From assembly GCA_026188615.1 (NCBI GenBank), contig GCA_026188615.1_4525.1: a DNA stretch of 64,000 nucleotides, one strand, 5' to 3'. The stretch's first letter is position 1. Each line of letters begins with the position of its first letter. Below the pieces are notes generated by a model. The model did not search any database. It saw only the letters and a list, made by a program, of their open reading frames with translations, and was not told where the DNA came from. Source of the DNA: a phage. A program made the translations under genes and the position numbers. This document shows positions 19,680-30,551 of the stretch, piece by piece.

Positions 19680-20294
19680 CTACTTAATGAAATTAATTTC
19701 TACCGGATGAACAACAGGTTGAGCAGTGATATATTGAGTAATTGCTTTCATGACTAGAGCTTCAGAACCAGGATTTTTCTCAACGAATTCACGTGCTAGG
19801 TTATGAGCTTCGAGTTCACTCAATAAACCGGAACGCTGGCATCCACGGTCTTGAGTACCCTGTTCAGATAAAAGGACTACTACATATTTTTCATCGTCGT
19901 AGGGCTTAGCCAGTTGAGCAAATGTTCCTTTACTTCCAAAAGGAGAGTTATGTCGCCACATCACGCCGTGAGGAGTTTCAACCTTCGTATATTCGTGCGG
20001 TCCATTTTTCTTAGTTTCTTGATGTGGAACTTCATAGACCTTAGGGTTAGGACATTCAATAAAATGCTCATCTAAATCGGTCGAGAATATTAAAGTAAAA
20101 CAATTACTGAATTTACCAACACCGGCCTGATAAATTTTACCTTCAGAAGTTCTAATTTCACAAACCGAGCCGGCATCAGTAACTTCTAAAACTTCAAAAG
20201 GCTCGATAAGGTCATATGAGAACATGTTTTTAAGGCGTGGAGTAATATCCCCATTTTTAAAATTCATTTTATAAAAAGTATTAACTTTAAACAT
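19680..20294 (-). CDS. Hypothetical protein, 204 aa
   Basis: Track ORF trimmed to ATG 20294 (MFKVNTFYK), which has SD GAGGAA upstream; a UUCG hairpin (20303..20318) sits in the intergenic gap. Confidence 0.45.
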   Translation of the reverse strand: MFKVNTFYKMNFKNGDITPRLKNMFSYDLIEPFEVLEVTDAGSVCEIRTSEGKIYQAGVGKFSNCFTLIFSTDLDEHFIECPNPKVYEVPHQETKKNGPHEYTKVETPHGVMWRHNSPFGSKGTFAQLAKPYDDEKYVVVLLSEQGTQDRGCQRSGLLSELEAHNLAREFVEKNPGSEALVMKAITQYITAQPVVHPVEINFIK

Positions 20295-20329
20295 AATTTC
20301 CTCAATGAGAGCCGAAGCTCCCAATTAAT

Positions 20330-20695
20330 TTAGATATCAAATTCGTTAAGAACTACATCAAAGATTGCTTCGAGATGTTCAGGTTTAGCTCGGTTGCTCA
20401 GGATATGACGAATCCAAGTTTTAACCAGAAGTTTACGATTAACACCATTCCAGCAAGGATGAGTACCTAAATCACGCTGACGGAAATCATCATCTAATGC
20501 AATTTTAAAATTTGAACCTTCCATCGTGATTGAAACCGTGATACCATTTTCAAATCGCATATAAACGTAATTAGGAGTCATGCACTGTTCGATTTCACAA
20601 ACTGTACCGTTTTCGTGTTTCCATAAGCAAATAACTTCAGAAGAACCAGCAATACCGTTAGAAACATATTTACGTTCGAAGTTGGTGTAGTTCAT
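20330..20695 (-). CDS. Hypothetical protein, 121 aa
   Basis: ORF in track. Confidence 0.5.
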   Translation of the reverse strand: MNYTNFERKYVSNGIAGSSEVICLWKHENGTVCEIEQCMTPNYVYMRFENGITVSITMEGSNFKIALDDDFRQRDLGTHPCWNGVNRKLLVKTWIRHILSNRAKPEHLEAIFDVVLNEFDI

Positions 20696-20736
20696 TTTAT
20701 TCTCCAGATGTTTAAGTTGTTTGTTGGTACAGGTCT

Positions 20737-20765
20737 ATAATAACATAACCTGTACCAAAGTAAAC
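20737..20765 (-). promoter_or_regulatory. Early-promoter cassette with 9-bp inverted repeat (ggtacaggt / acctgtacc)
   Basis: Minus strand GTTTAC, 17 bp, TATTAT. Confidence 0.45.
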
Positions 20766-20769
20766 TGTT

Positions 20770-21138
20770 TTATGCAACTTTAATCCAATTGTCTAAATTT
20801 AAAACACCTTTGGCTTTCATTTTTTCGATCAGGTTATCTGCTGTAATGCGTCCATTTTGATACCATGTAACATCTTCAGAGTAACCAGTTTCTTCGTCAA
20901 CATATGTTTCTGAACGAATTTTACCGGTAATAATAGTTTTTAATTCATATGTGTCACCTGTGAAAAAGTTTGCTAACACAATTTTCCAAGAGAAATCATC
21001 TGAAGGACCTTCAGGGGTCATACAACCTACGAACTCAAATTGCTCTTTGTATAACATCCACTGGAATTCTTTAATTTCGATAGCTTTATAACCGTCGTGG
21101 TCTTTACATTTGATGTATGAGTTCAGATTGATTTTCAT
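20770..21138 (-). CDS. Hypothetical protein, 122 aa
   Basis: ORF in track. Confidence 0.5.
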   Translation of the reverse strand: MKINLNSYIKCKDHDGYKAIEIKEFQWMLYKEQFEFVGCMTPEGPSDDFSWKIVLANFFTGDTYELKTIITGKIRSETYVDEETGYSEDVTWYQNGRITADNLIEKMKAKGVLNLDNWIKVA

Positions 21139-21180
21139 TTTGTTCTCCGGTTTGTTTTATCGATTAGGTGGTACAAGTCT

Positions 21181-21209
21181 ATAGTAACACATCCTACAGG
21201 AGAGTAAAC
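21181..21209 (-). promoter_or_regulatory. Early-promoter cassette
   Basis: Minus strand GTTTAC, 17 bp, TACTAT. Confidence 0.45.
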
Positions 21210-21240
21210 ATCTTTTTTAAACTTTTTCTGCCCTAAACGC

Positions 21241-21264
21241 ACAAAAGGGAGACCGAAGTCTCCC
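21241..21264 (-). terminator. Intrinsic terminator gggagac-UUCG-gtctccc plus U-run
   Basis: 7-bp GC-rich stem; the same hairpin sequence recurs at 38345..38362. Confidence 0.6.
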
Positions 21265-21269
21265 TAAAA

Positions 21270-21449
21270 TTATGCAACAACCTTTCCAAAACGAGAAGCA
21301 TCATCTCGAAGAACTGCACGTGCTCTGCGCATGATCTTCTCAACTGTTTGATTAATACGAGAGTTCGACCCACGCTTGTATCCAGCGCGTTTAGAGGTAC
21401 CATCAACTTTCTTTTCAACTGCTTTCTTTGCTTTAGCTTGTTTTGCCAT
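21270..21449 (-). CDS. Small basic protein, 59 aa (MAKQAKAKKAVEKK...RFGKVVA)
   Basis: Not in the ORF track (under 60 aa); translated by hand; followed immediately by the terminator; preceded by 260 bp of non-coding sequence. Confidence 0.4.
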   Translation of the reverse strand: MAKQAKAKKAVEKKVDGTSKRAGYKRGSNSRINQTVEKIMRRARAVLRDDASRFGKVVA

Positions 21450-21712
21450 TATAAATTCTCTTTAAATGAAAATGCAGGACTTATTGACATTGCCTGCGCA
21501 AGCCCTCAAGGGGAACATAGGTTTTGGATATTTAACGACAGGATAACCATAAACCCGTCATCATACCAACCACGACTTAGACAGATAACCTTTTTCTGAC
21601 GCGTGATAGTACAAAATACATTCAAGAGGTACACCGTAAAACTGCCGGGGACTTAAAACTATAATGATTCGCAAATCATTAATCAGACAGTTCGACGGCT
21701 CCTCGATTTAAC

Positions 21713-21961
21713 TTACTTTAGGGTAATAACAAAATGACGTACTGCTTTACGAGCTGCAGAAGCCAAAGGCTTAGCATATTTCAGTTCATCTTTTGCTTCC
21801 AGTTCAGAGGCCAAAGCTGCCTGGACCGGGTTCAGATGTTTGAAATATCGCAGGATTTCAAGAGCTTCGGCTTCAACATCGATAGATGCGCCATAGTTTT
21901 CGTGACCATTATTCCATGCGTTACGTTGCAGTTCAAGAGCGTGTTGTAATTGTTTAATCAT
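21713..21961 (-). CDS. rIII: rIII-like lysis-inhibition accessory protein, 82 aa
   Basis: 82 aa as T4 rIII; position next to gene 31. Confidence 0.55.
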   Translation of the reverse strand: MIKQLQHALELQRNAWNNGHENYGASIDVEAEALEILRYFKHLNPVQAALASELEAKDELKYAKPLASAARKAVRHFVITLK

Positions 21962-22077
21962 TTTAAATTCTCAATTCGAGATAATATTTAGTAGCCACGT
22001 TCGTCTGAATTTCACCTTCTTTCGACAAGTCTCTCAGTTGTAGGCTACCGCTTAGAAGAGTGTTCTCTTCATATAGT

Positions 22078-22085
22078 TATTTATA
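22078..22085 (-). promoter_or_regulatory. Candidate late promoter (TATAAATA on the minus strand) upstream of rIII
   Basis: Plus strand reads TATTTATA; could be a chance AT-rich match. Confidence 0.3.
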
Positions 22086-22418
22086 TCACTTATAAAGACA
22101 CGGAATAGCTTTATAATGGCATGTTACGAATTTCTGTTTAATTTCTTTAGGTTGTTTAAGTCCCAAAGCCACAAATGGATGTGGAACATTTCGAATTTGT
22201 CCAACTGGTAGTGGAGTCAAATCACCGACTTCAACAAAACCTTCAGGAACATCAGGACCTACAGAATGAACTACACATAGTTCAGGAACTTCACCTTGAA
22301 CACGTTTACCAATCACAAGTCCTGATTCGGTAACTTCTTCATCACCTGCTTGAGCGGGTTCAGAAACCAGAATGACATATTCACCAACAGCACGAATTGG
22401 GAGTTGTACTTCAGACAT
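22086..22418 (-). CDS. 31: gp31 co-chaperonin (GroES analogue)
   Basis: 110 aa; near-colinear with T4 gp31 ([21 protein letters not shown]...KAIPCLYK). Confidence 0.85.
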   Translation of the reverse strand: MSEVQLPIRAVGEYVILVSEPAQAGDEEVTESGLVIGKRVQGEVPELCVVHSVGPDVPEGFVEVGDLTPLPVGQIRNVPHPFVALGLKQPKEIKQKFVTCHYKAIPCLYK

Positions 22419-22438
22419 CTTATTTCCTTGTTGTTTGA

Positions 22439-22463
22439 CGATAGATTAATAATACCATACTAT
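22439..22463 (-). promoter_or_regulatory. Middle promoter for gene 31 (MotA box TGCTTTA, 12 bp, TATTAT)
   Basis: Motif and spacing read on the minus strand. Confidence 0.45.
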
Positions 22464-22475
22464 TCGTAAAGCATA

Positions 22476-22784
22476 TTACATAAGAAGCAAACGTTCTACC
22501 GGAGTACCATCAACCGAAATTACTTTATCAAGGCGGAAAGAACGCCACTGACCTAACTTGGTATCGAATGCTCGAACTGATTCACGAGGTTCAGAACGAA
22601 CTTCTGTTGCCGGATTGTTATTTTCATATTTGACTTCAAGTTCATCGCGAGAAGCAAACATAGTGCGTACCTCACCGTTAGCCTTTTCAAATACAACACA
22701 ATGAACGCCTACAGACAGAATAGTTTTAATACGTTCACGAAGAACCATAGTCTCTTGTTCAGTTAAAATCATATTATTCACCAC
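22476..22784 (-). CDS. Hypothetical protein, 102 aa (31.1 position)
   Basis: ORF in track. Confidence 0.5.
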   Translation of the reverse strand: MVNNMILTEQETMVLRERIKTILSVGVHCVVFEKANGEVRTMFASRDELEVKYENNNPATEVRSEPRESVRAFDTKLGQWRSFRLDKVISVDGTPVERLLLM

Positions 22785-23355
22785 AAAAGTTTCGGATTTG
22801 TTCCCAATTCAGAGAACGAAGATTATTACGAGAGTACTGAATTACTTCAATACCGGCTTGTTTTAGAATGTCTGCCCAATTTTCAGGAGATCTGTCATAT
22901 AATTCTGCGTATACAACCTTTTTAATACCTGACTGTGTAATAGCTTTAGTGCAATCAGGACACGGAGAAAGCGTCGTATATAACGTAGCACCTTCAATAG
23001 AATTACCTTTACGAGCTGCAAACAAAATTGCATTCAATTCAGCATGGATTTCGTTATTAGCAGACCATGCACTATGAGCGGCCCGATGTTCTTTAGCCAA
23101 AACAAAATTATCCACCCGTCCAAATGCTGTAGTGCCTTCTTTATGCCCAGCAACGATGACCGGGCTTGGTTTATTCTTCAACCAACCGTTTTCGGATGCA
23201 TGTTCGCAACAGTTTGTACCACCTGAAGGAGAGCCATTATAACCTGTAGAAATAATGCGTCCATCTTTTTCAATGACGGCGCCAACTTTCCATGAACAAC
23301 ATTTTGATTCTTGAGAAATCAGATATGCAATCTGAAGGTATGTGCTAGCTTTCAT
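22774..23355 (-). CDS. cd: dCMP deaminase
   Basis: 193 aa; zinc-binding HAE ... PCPDC cytidine/deoxycytidylate deaminase signature. Confidence 0.85.
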   Translation of the reverse strand: MKASTYLQIAYLISQESKCCSWKVGAVIEKDGRIISTGYNGSPSGGTNCCEHASENGWLKNKPSPVIVAGHKEGTTAFGRVDNFVLAKEHRAAHSAWSANNEIHAELNAILFAARKGNSIEGATLYTTLSPCPDCTKAITQSGIKKVVYAELYDRSPENWADILKQAGIEVIQYSRNNLRSLNWEQIRNFCGE

Positions 23356-24347
23356 TATTGAACCTTATTAATATAAGTTAACAGCTCTTTAGTTTGTTCC
23401 CAACTGATGCACGCATCGGTAACGGAAACGCCATAGGACATATTATCAGAAATTTTTTGATTTCCTTCATGTAGGAACGATTCTATCATAATTCCTTTGA
23501 CCAAATCATTAGCTGCTAAATTTTTACCAATACCAATTTGATTGCTATAATGCCCATCAGCGTTTGCATGGCTACAGTCAACCATTACATAATGATTCAG
23601 ACCTACTGCCCTTGCTTTGTTAGAAGCTTCTTGAATATCAGAAGAATGATAGTTCGGGCCGTTGGTCCCGCCACGCAATACGATATGCGTATTCTGATTA
23701 CCTTCAGCTTCAACAATGCCTACAGTACCATCGACGTCCATACCCATATACCGATGAGGCCAGGCGGCACTATACATCGCGTCTGTAGCTACTTTAATAG
23801 AACCATTGGTTGCGTTCTTGAAGCCTACGCACATCGGTAGACCTGAAGCAATTTCACGATGTGTCTGACTTTCAGTCGTACGGGCGCCAATAGCAACCCA
23901 TGAGAAAATACCAGAAAGATACTTAATCGTGAATGGGTCTAATACTTCAGTTGCTAATGGAAGTCCCATACGTAGAAGTTTACGACACAATGTTCGTGCA
24001 ACTATAAGACCGTGGTTCATATCAAAACTTCCGTCAAGATATGGATCATTTACAAGACCTTTCCAACCTACGGTAGTTCGAGGCTTTTCAAAATAAACGC
24101 GCATCACTAACAGAACATTAGGAAGACGAGTTTGAAGTTCAGCCAGGCGTTTGCCGTATTCAACAGCAGCAATAGGGTCATGAATTGAACAAGGACCTAC
24201 AACGATAAGTTTGCGTGGGTCTTCACCATTCATAATCGAATTAACTTGTTCGCGATGAGAAGCCACTTGTGATGCGTAAGCTTCCGACAAAGGAATAATC
24301 TCAGCCAGTTCTTTTGGAGAAATAAGTTTTCCGACGACAGGTAACAT
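23355..24347 (-). CDS. Class I 3-deoxy-D-arabino-heptulosonate-7-phosphate (DAHP) synthase, AroG/F/H-like
   Basis: 330 aa; motifs GPCSIHD, VMRVYFEKPRTTVGWKGL, GARTTESQTHRE, VGFKN, LRGG, EGNQ, SVTDACISW; stop codon overlaps the cd ATG (TAATG). Confidence 0.85.
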   Translation of the reverse strand: MLPVVGKLISPKELAEIIPLSEAYASQVASHREQVNSIMNGEDPRKLIVVGPCSIHDPIAAVEYGKRLAELQTRLPNVLLVMRVYFEKPRTTVGWKGLVNDPYLDGSFDMNHGLIVARTLCRKLLRMGLPLATEVLDPFTIKYLSGIFSWVAIGARTTESQTHREIASGLPMCVGFKNATNGSIKVATDAMYSAAWPHRYMGMDVDGTVGIVEAEGNQNTHIVLRGGTNGPNYHSSDIQEASNKARAVGLNHYVMVDCSHANADGHYSNQIGIGKNLAANDLVKGIMIESFLHEGNQKISDNMSYGVSVTDACISWEQTKELLTYINKVQ

Positions 24348-24355
24348 AACAATCC

Positions 24356-24544
24356 TTAGGAGATATAAACAGATTCTGATTCAACAATACCTTTAACCGG
24401 ATTAGACAGGCTAAGTTGGTAGTGCTCAGATTTATGACCATTCTCGATAGTAATGAGAGCTATCTCATTATAGTGTTCCATATACTCGAGTTGCTTCAAC
24501 AAGACCATCACTGCATAATTTAAGATTAGTAATTTGGTCACCAT
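24356..24544 (-). CDS. Hypothetical protein, 62 aa (start uncertain)
   Basis: ORF in track; overlaps the next ORF, so the true start is probably internal. Confidence 0.3.
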   Translation of the reverse strand: MVTKLLILNYAVMVLLKQLEYMEHYNEIALITIENGHKSEHYQLSLSNPVKGIVESESVYIS

Positions 24545-24704
24545 CTTTAGGATTAACGATTATGAGAAAAGAACGTGGAGATTCTTGAATAACTCGTAAT
24601 GTTGCATCTTGGAAACGTTCAGACACTTTATTGATGAGTGCTTGAGCAAATTCTTTTACTTTAATCTGAAATTCGTGTACTGTAATTGGGTTTTCACTTA
24701 GCAT
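24468..24704 (-). CDS. Hypothetical protein, 78 aa
   Basis: ORF in track; first gene after an early-promoter cassette. Confidence 0.45.
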   Translation of the reverse strand: MLSENPITVHEFQIKVKEFAQALINKVSERFQDATLRVIQESPRSFLIIVNPKDGDQITNLKLCSDGLVEATRVYGTL

Positions 24705-24732
24705 TTCTATTTCCTCATTTGTTGGTAGAGTT

Positions 24733-24762
24733 ATAGTATCACAACTCCACCATGTTGTAAAC
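24733..24762 (-). promoter_or_regulatory. Early-promoter cassette
   Basis: Minus strand GTTTAC, 18 bp, TACTAT. Confidence 0.45.
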
Positions 24763-24764
24763 CA

Positions 24765-25040
24765 TTAAATTGCTTTGCATTCAATTTTTTGTGTACCGAA
24801 ATTGATATCACATTGGATAACTAAATCGCCGTCAAGATCAAATACCACGATGACGTGTGCAGACCCAGGGAGAAGAGTAATAGCAATAGAATCTACTTGG
24901 TCTGGGAGCAAAGCATTGAGTACATGAGTTACTTGAGCATGAACTCTGAGTTCGGCTGCGTTATCAAGCACTTCAAACATATTATTAGCAATAATCTGAC
25001 TGAAGACTACCTTTACAATTTCAGAATAAGTTGGGAACAT
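24765..25040 (-). CDS. Hypothetical protein, 91 aa
   Basis: ORF in track. Confidence 0.45.
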   Translation of the reverse strand: MFPTYSEIVKVVFSQIIANNMFEVLDNAAELRVHAQVTHVLNALLPDQVDSIAITLLPGSAHVIVVFDLDGDLVIQCDINFGTQKIECKAI

Positions 25041-25047
25041 AATTACC

Positions 25048-25272
25048 TCAGTGCACAGTATTTACTTTAACTCGAACAACAAATCGCTCGGTTGGTTCAC
25101 CTACAGGAACAAACTCTACATGATATTCACCTTTGTAACGAGTATTCAGATCATTACGAATTCCTGCGAGTTTGTTGATTAATGTAGGACTCATATTAAG
25201 TCCCACTAGTTTACGAAGCATTTTGTATGCTTCATCTTCGATTTCATGATGTTTATCGTACATAGTTTTCAT
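25048..25272 (-). CDS. Hypothetical protein, 74 aa
   Basis: ORF in track. Confidence 0.45.
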   Translation of the reverse strand: MKTMYDKHHEIEDEAYKMLRKLVGLNMSPTLINKLAGIRNDLNTRYKGEYHVEFVPVGEPTERFVVRVKVNTVH

Positions 25273-25444
25273 TTAACCATTCAATTGCCTGGTCGACGTT
25301 ATCAAATATACCGCCGTCCAAACGTTCTTCATGCTCATAGTCCAGCACATCAATACCGAACTGTCCATTTACTAAAGGCCAGGCAACAAACAAATATTCT
25401 TTATGCTGTTCGATGGCCTCAATCACTTCATATAATCGTTTCAT
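25253..25444 (-). CDS. Hypothetical protein, 63 aa
   Basis: ORF in track. Confidence 0.45.
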   Translation of the reverse strand: MKRLYEVIEAIEQHKEYLFVAWPLVNGQFGIDVLDYEHEERLDGGIFDNVDQAIEWLNENYVR

Positions 25445-26531
<1,087 letters not shown>

Positions 26532-26532
<1 letters not shown>

Positions 26533-26831
26533 TATTTGATTCCTAAGAAAGCTTCAAGAATACGAATGTTGAGTTCGCGCCGGTCTTTATTAATTTCAGC
26601 AACGTTTTTATTAATTGACGTACTTCTAACGTTTGAAGAAATAAATTTAATCATATGACTTTTGAGTTGTTGCAAATCCAACCCTTTTTCTTTAGCAGCT
26701 TTACGAAGAGCTTTACCTGCTTCATCTAGTGCCTTTGCTGCATCTTTGTCATAATCTACAAGTGTCATTCCACGGCAGATATCAATATACTCATCAGACC
26801 GTTTGATGTAATTCTCTAGTAATGTTTTCAT
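26532..26831 (-). CDS. Hypothetical protein, 99 aa
   Basis: ORF in track. Confidence 0.45.
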
Positions 26832-26859
26832 TTAGATTTCCTCAATTATCCATAGGAGC

Positions 26860-26889
26860 ATTATACTCTGCTCCCGAGAGTTTGTAAAC
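26860..26889 (-). promoter_or_regulatory. Early-promoter cassette (GTTTAC, 18 bp, TATAAT), near-identical to the one at 57289..57318
   Basis: agcattatactctgctcccgagagtttgtaaac here versus agcattatactctgctctcaagagtttgtacaa there. Confidence 0.5.
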
Positions 26890-27113
26890 TATTTTACTAA
26901 AGATTCAATATACTCATGAAGAGCTTTAGTCGCTACTGCCCACTTATTCTGATATTCATTTTTCAGATTAGCACGAGACTGAACTAACAAGCGGTCATTA
27001 GTCGGAGGCAAAGATTCTAATCGTTGAATCTGGCGTCCATAAATCATAGCCGCCATTTCAGATTCATAGATAAGCCCTTTAATGTATTCATGCTGTTCTT
27101 TAGTCATTGGCAT
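26889..27113 (-). CDS. Hypothetical protein, 74 aa
   Basis: ORF in track. Confidence 0.45.
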   Translation of the reverse strand: MPMTKEQHEYIKGLIYESEMAAMIYGRQIQRLESLPPTNDRLLVQSRANLKNEYQNKWAVATKALHEYIESLVK

Positions 27114-27394
27114 TTTTCCTCTTTTAAACCACTACGATAATAACATAACATAGTCTTCTGGTCATGTATATATCTTTTTACGTCGTTTAACCAGATACGA
27201 AATTCTTGAGAGTCTTCAAATGGCATTCCAACCCACGGATTACCATCAATAACCTTTACTTGCCATTTCTGGTTGTATTCGGAAATAGGCGTAGGCCATG
27301 AAGGATGTAAAGTTTCTTTAGGGCTTACTGGCACATCCTGAGTACATCCAACTAGGAGACCAATAGATAATACAGCCACAGTTAATTTAATCAT
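27104..27394 (-). CDS. Outer-membrane spanin (o-spanin) lipoprotein
   Basis: 96 aa; signal peptide with lipobox (LLVGC); position equals T4 pseT.2. Confidence 0.6.
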   Translation of the reverse strand: MIKLTVAVLSIGLLVGCTQDVPVSPKETLHPSWPTPISEYNQKWQVKVIDGNPWVGMPFEDSQEFRIWLNDVKRYIHDQKTMLCYYRSGLKEEKCQ

Positions 27395-27747
27395 TCTGAG
27401 AGCTTCCTGAGGTCTTCTGCAAAGGAATCGAAGGACCTGTTGATTTGTTTTTCGACCAATCCTGGCTTACTTGCCACCACGTTCTTCTTCTTCGAATCCT
27501 TACGGAGCTTTTCATTTTCAGCCTTAAGTTGGTCAACTAAAACACGGTTCTTATAAGTCATTTCTTCGATTGACTGATATTGAATCTTGAAGTCGTCTAA
27601 TACTTTAGCATTGTTTTTAGCAGTCTCTTTAACAGAAGCCAATTCAGTATTCAGCGAATCGACTTTATGGTTCAGAAATGCTATTGTTACAGTAGCAACA
27701 ACTGCAAAAGCTGCCACTACAATATATGATGCATTTACTTTAAGCAT
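27391..27747 (-). CDS. Inner-membrane spanin (i-spanin)
   Basis: 118 aa; N-terminal transmembrane helix then coiled-coil-like periplasmic domain; position equals T4 pseT.3. Confidence 0.6.
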   Translation of the reverse strand: MLKVNASYIVVAAFAVVATVTIAFLNHKVDSLNTELASVKETAKNNAKVLDDFKIQYQSIEEMTYKNRVLVDQLKAENEKLRKDSKKKNVVASKPGLVEKQINRSFDSFAEDLRKLSE

Positions 27748-28235
27748 GTTTGAATAATCTCAATGATTTCGTCTCGGGATAATCCATTGATAAGAACTGT
27801 TTTAGGCCCGTCAGTTTGGATTTTGTATGATTCAAACAATACACACAACTCTTCTGCTGTATGATATGGGCTTGAGATTCCGAGACGGTTGAATTTGTCG
27901 GTAAGAGGGTCGCAAATAATATAGAATTTGATACCTGCGATATGTACGTTTGGTTGACTAATATTAATGAACACATTAGCGTCATATTTAGTCAAATTGT
28001 TTTGAAGAAATTCTACCATAGAATTAACTGCTTCTGGCATCGCTTCGCGTTTCTCTTCAGCGTATCGGGTTGAATACTCTTTTTGTTTTACTTTCTTTTT
28101 AAGATTTTTGGCCAGTGTAACACGTAGGTCAGTAAGATAACCAACTGGACGTCCTTTCTTAAAGACCCGGATTCCGTCAGTTGTGTCTCCAAAAGCGTTT
28201 ACGACCATATCGTTAGTAATCAATTGCATATTCAT
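27735..28235 (-). CDS. alc: Alc-like protein (host transcription shutoff on cytosine DNA)
   Basis: Position between spanins and rnlA; start placed at ATG 28235 (SD GAGGAG upstream) giving 166 aa, close to T4 Alc; identity to T4 not verified. Confidence 0.45.
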   Translation of the reverse strand: MNMQLITNDMVVNAFGDTTDGIRVFKKGRPVGYLTDLRVTLAKNLKKKVKQKEYSTRYAEEKREAMPEAVNSMVEFLQNNLTKYDANVFINISQPNVHIAGIKFYIICDPLTDKFNRLGISSPYHTAEELCVLFESYKIQTDGPKTVLINGLSRDEIIEIIQTCLK

Positions 28236-28264
28236 AATTTTCTCCTCGTGTTGTTGATAAACCC

Positions 28265-28294
28265 ATAGTATCACCATCCTTGGTGTTTGTAAAC
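28265..28294 (-). promoter_or_regulatory. Early-promoter cassette
   Basis: Minus strand GTTTAC, 18 bp, TACTAT. Confidence 0.45.
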
Positions 28295-28296
28295 CG

Positions 28297-29430
<1,134 letters not shown>

Positions 29431-29447
29431 TCAGTTAGTTTTTTTAA

Positions 29448-29476
29448 ATTGTACCACAATCCTTGTGGTATGTAAA
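29448..29476 (-). promoter_or_regulatory. Early promoter for rnlA (TTTACA, 17 bp, TACAAT) with inverted repeat ccacaa/ttgtgg in the spacer
   Basis: Read directly on the minus strand. Confidence 0.5.
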
Positions 29477-29887
29477 CTACTTTTTCTTATGTTGGATATT
29501 CCAAGGCGGGTTGAACTTTTTGATAAAAAGTGGTTCTTCAAGGTCCATTGTTGCGATGGTCATTGAACCAAGTTCGTTGGTGACTGAAAGGTCAAAACAT
29601 TGGCGGGCCCAGAATTCAACCTTTTTGCCTTGCATTAAGGCATCCAAAATCATAAGTGATTTTCTTGAATCTGAAGTCTGGTCTTTTCGATTTATGGCTG
29701 TTCGATAATAGTTAATGCGTTTCTTTAAATTCTTGGTTTTACCAATATACACAAGTTCGTCATCTATAGCAATAGCGTATATGACATTTTTCTTATTAGG
29801 GACATCAACTGTTTTAATTGTTGCATCTTCTAATAGCTCCAATTCTGTATATTTAATAAAGGAATATTCGGCGGCAATATCTTTCAT
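29477..29887 (-). CDS. denA: Endonuclease II (GIY-YIG family)
   Basis: 136 aa; GIY-YIG-like block (VIYAIAIDDELVYIGKTKNLKKRINYY); position between rnlA and nrdB as in T4. Confidence 0.7.
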   Translation of the reverse strand: MKDIAAEYSFIKYTELELLEDATIKTVDVPNKKNVIYAIAIDDELVYIGKTKNLKKRINYYRTAINRKDQTSDSRKSLMILDALMQGKKVEFWARQCFDLSVTNELGSMTIATMDLEEPLFIKKFNPPWNIQHKKK

Positions 29888-29895
29888 AATAAAGT

Positions 29896-29909
29896 GGGAC
29901 CGAAGTCCC
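29896..29909 (-). other. Intercistronic hairpin gggac-UUCG-gtccc between nrdB and denA
   Basis: 5-bp GC stem with tetraloop. Confidence 0.35.
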
Positions 29910-29913
29910 GTCC

Positions 29914-30416
29914 TTAGAAATATTTTTTGTATGAATTGATTACATTTTGGTCTACATCATTATCAATTTGTGCGACAAGATAAGAACTGATTTCAACTTC
30001 CTGAGGAGCTGCTTGAACTAAATCAGAGTTCAGATATTCACGAATCCATGGAATAGGATGACGAGTTGATACGTCTTTAAGAGGACATGGCAGACCACAA
30101 CTACGCATACGAGACACGGTAAGATAATCCACAAATTCACTTAGGATTTTAACATTTAGACCTGGAAGAGCACCATCTTTAAACAAGTGTTCAGCCCATT
30201 CTTTTTCTTGAGCGTTAACTTCCATGAAAATATCAACTGCTTCTTGTTCACACTCTTGAGCAATTTTGACCCATTCATCACCGTCTTCGCCATCTTGTAA
30301 AGCACGAATAATATATTGAGTGCCCTTAAGGTGGAGCTGTTCATCACGAGCAATGAACTTCATAATCTTGGCATTACCTTCCATGATTTCCATGTTCTTA
30401 TGGAAGTTAAAGGTAC
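29914..30416 (-). CDS. nrdB: Ribonucleotide reductase small subunit NrdB, exon 2
   Basis: After splicing the junction reads FYVSFA-C-TFNFHKNMEIMEGNAK, matching the conserved NrdB FYVSFACSFAF..MEGNAK region; C-terminal tail VAQIDNDVD. Confidence 0.8.
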
Positions 30417-30551
30417 CGTATGTTCGATTGAGCTCGCTAATTCTCAACCCGTTCTCTTATGAACTGCTGCATGTTACCATGCAGTCCAGACTATATCACA
30501 ATCCCGGAGGGATTCTCCCCATTTCGAGTCGCTTGACCCTACGTCCGAAGA

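Noticed and set aside
21450-21712. Possible tRNA or other structured RNA gene in the 260-bp non-coding gap
   Set aside because: No cloverleaf with a convincing T-arm (GTTCRANYC) or acceptor stem could be traced by eye; kept only as an unexplained structured region in the findings.
22431-22462. Early-promoter reading (TTTACG -35) upstream of gene 31
   Set aside because: Spacing to any -10 hexamer is wrong for an early promoter; the same bases fit a MotA-box middle promoter with correct 12-bp spacing.
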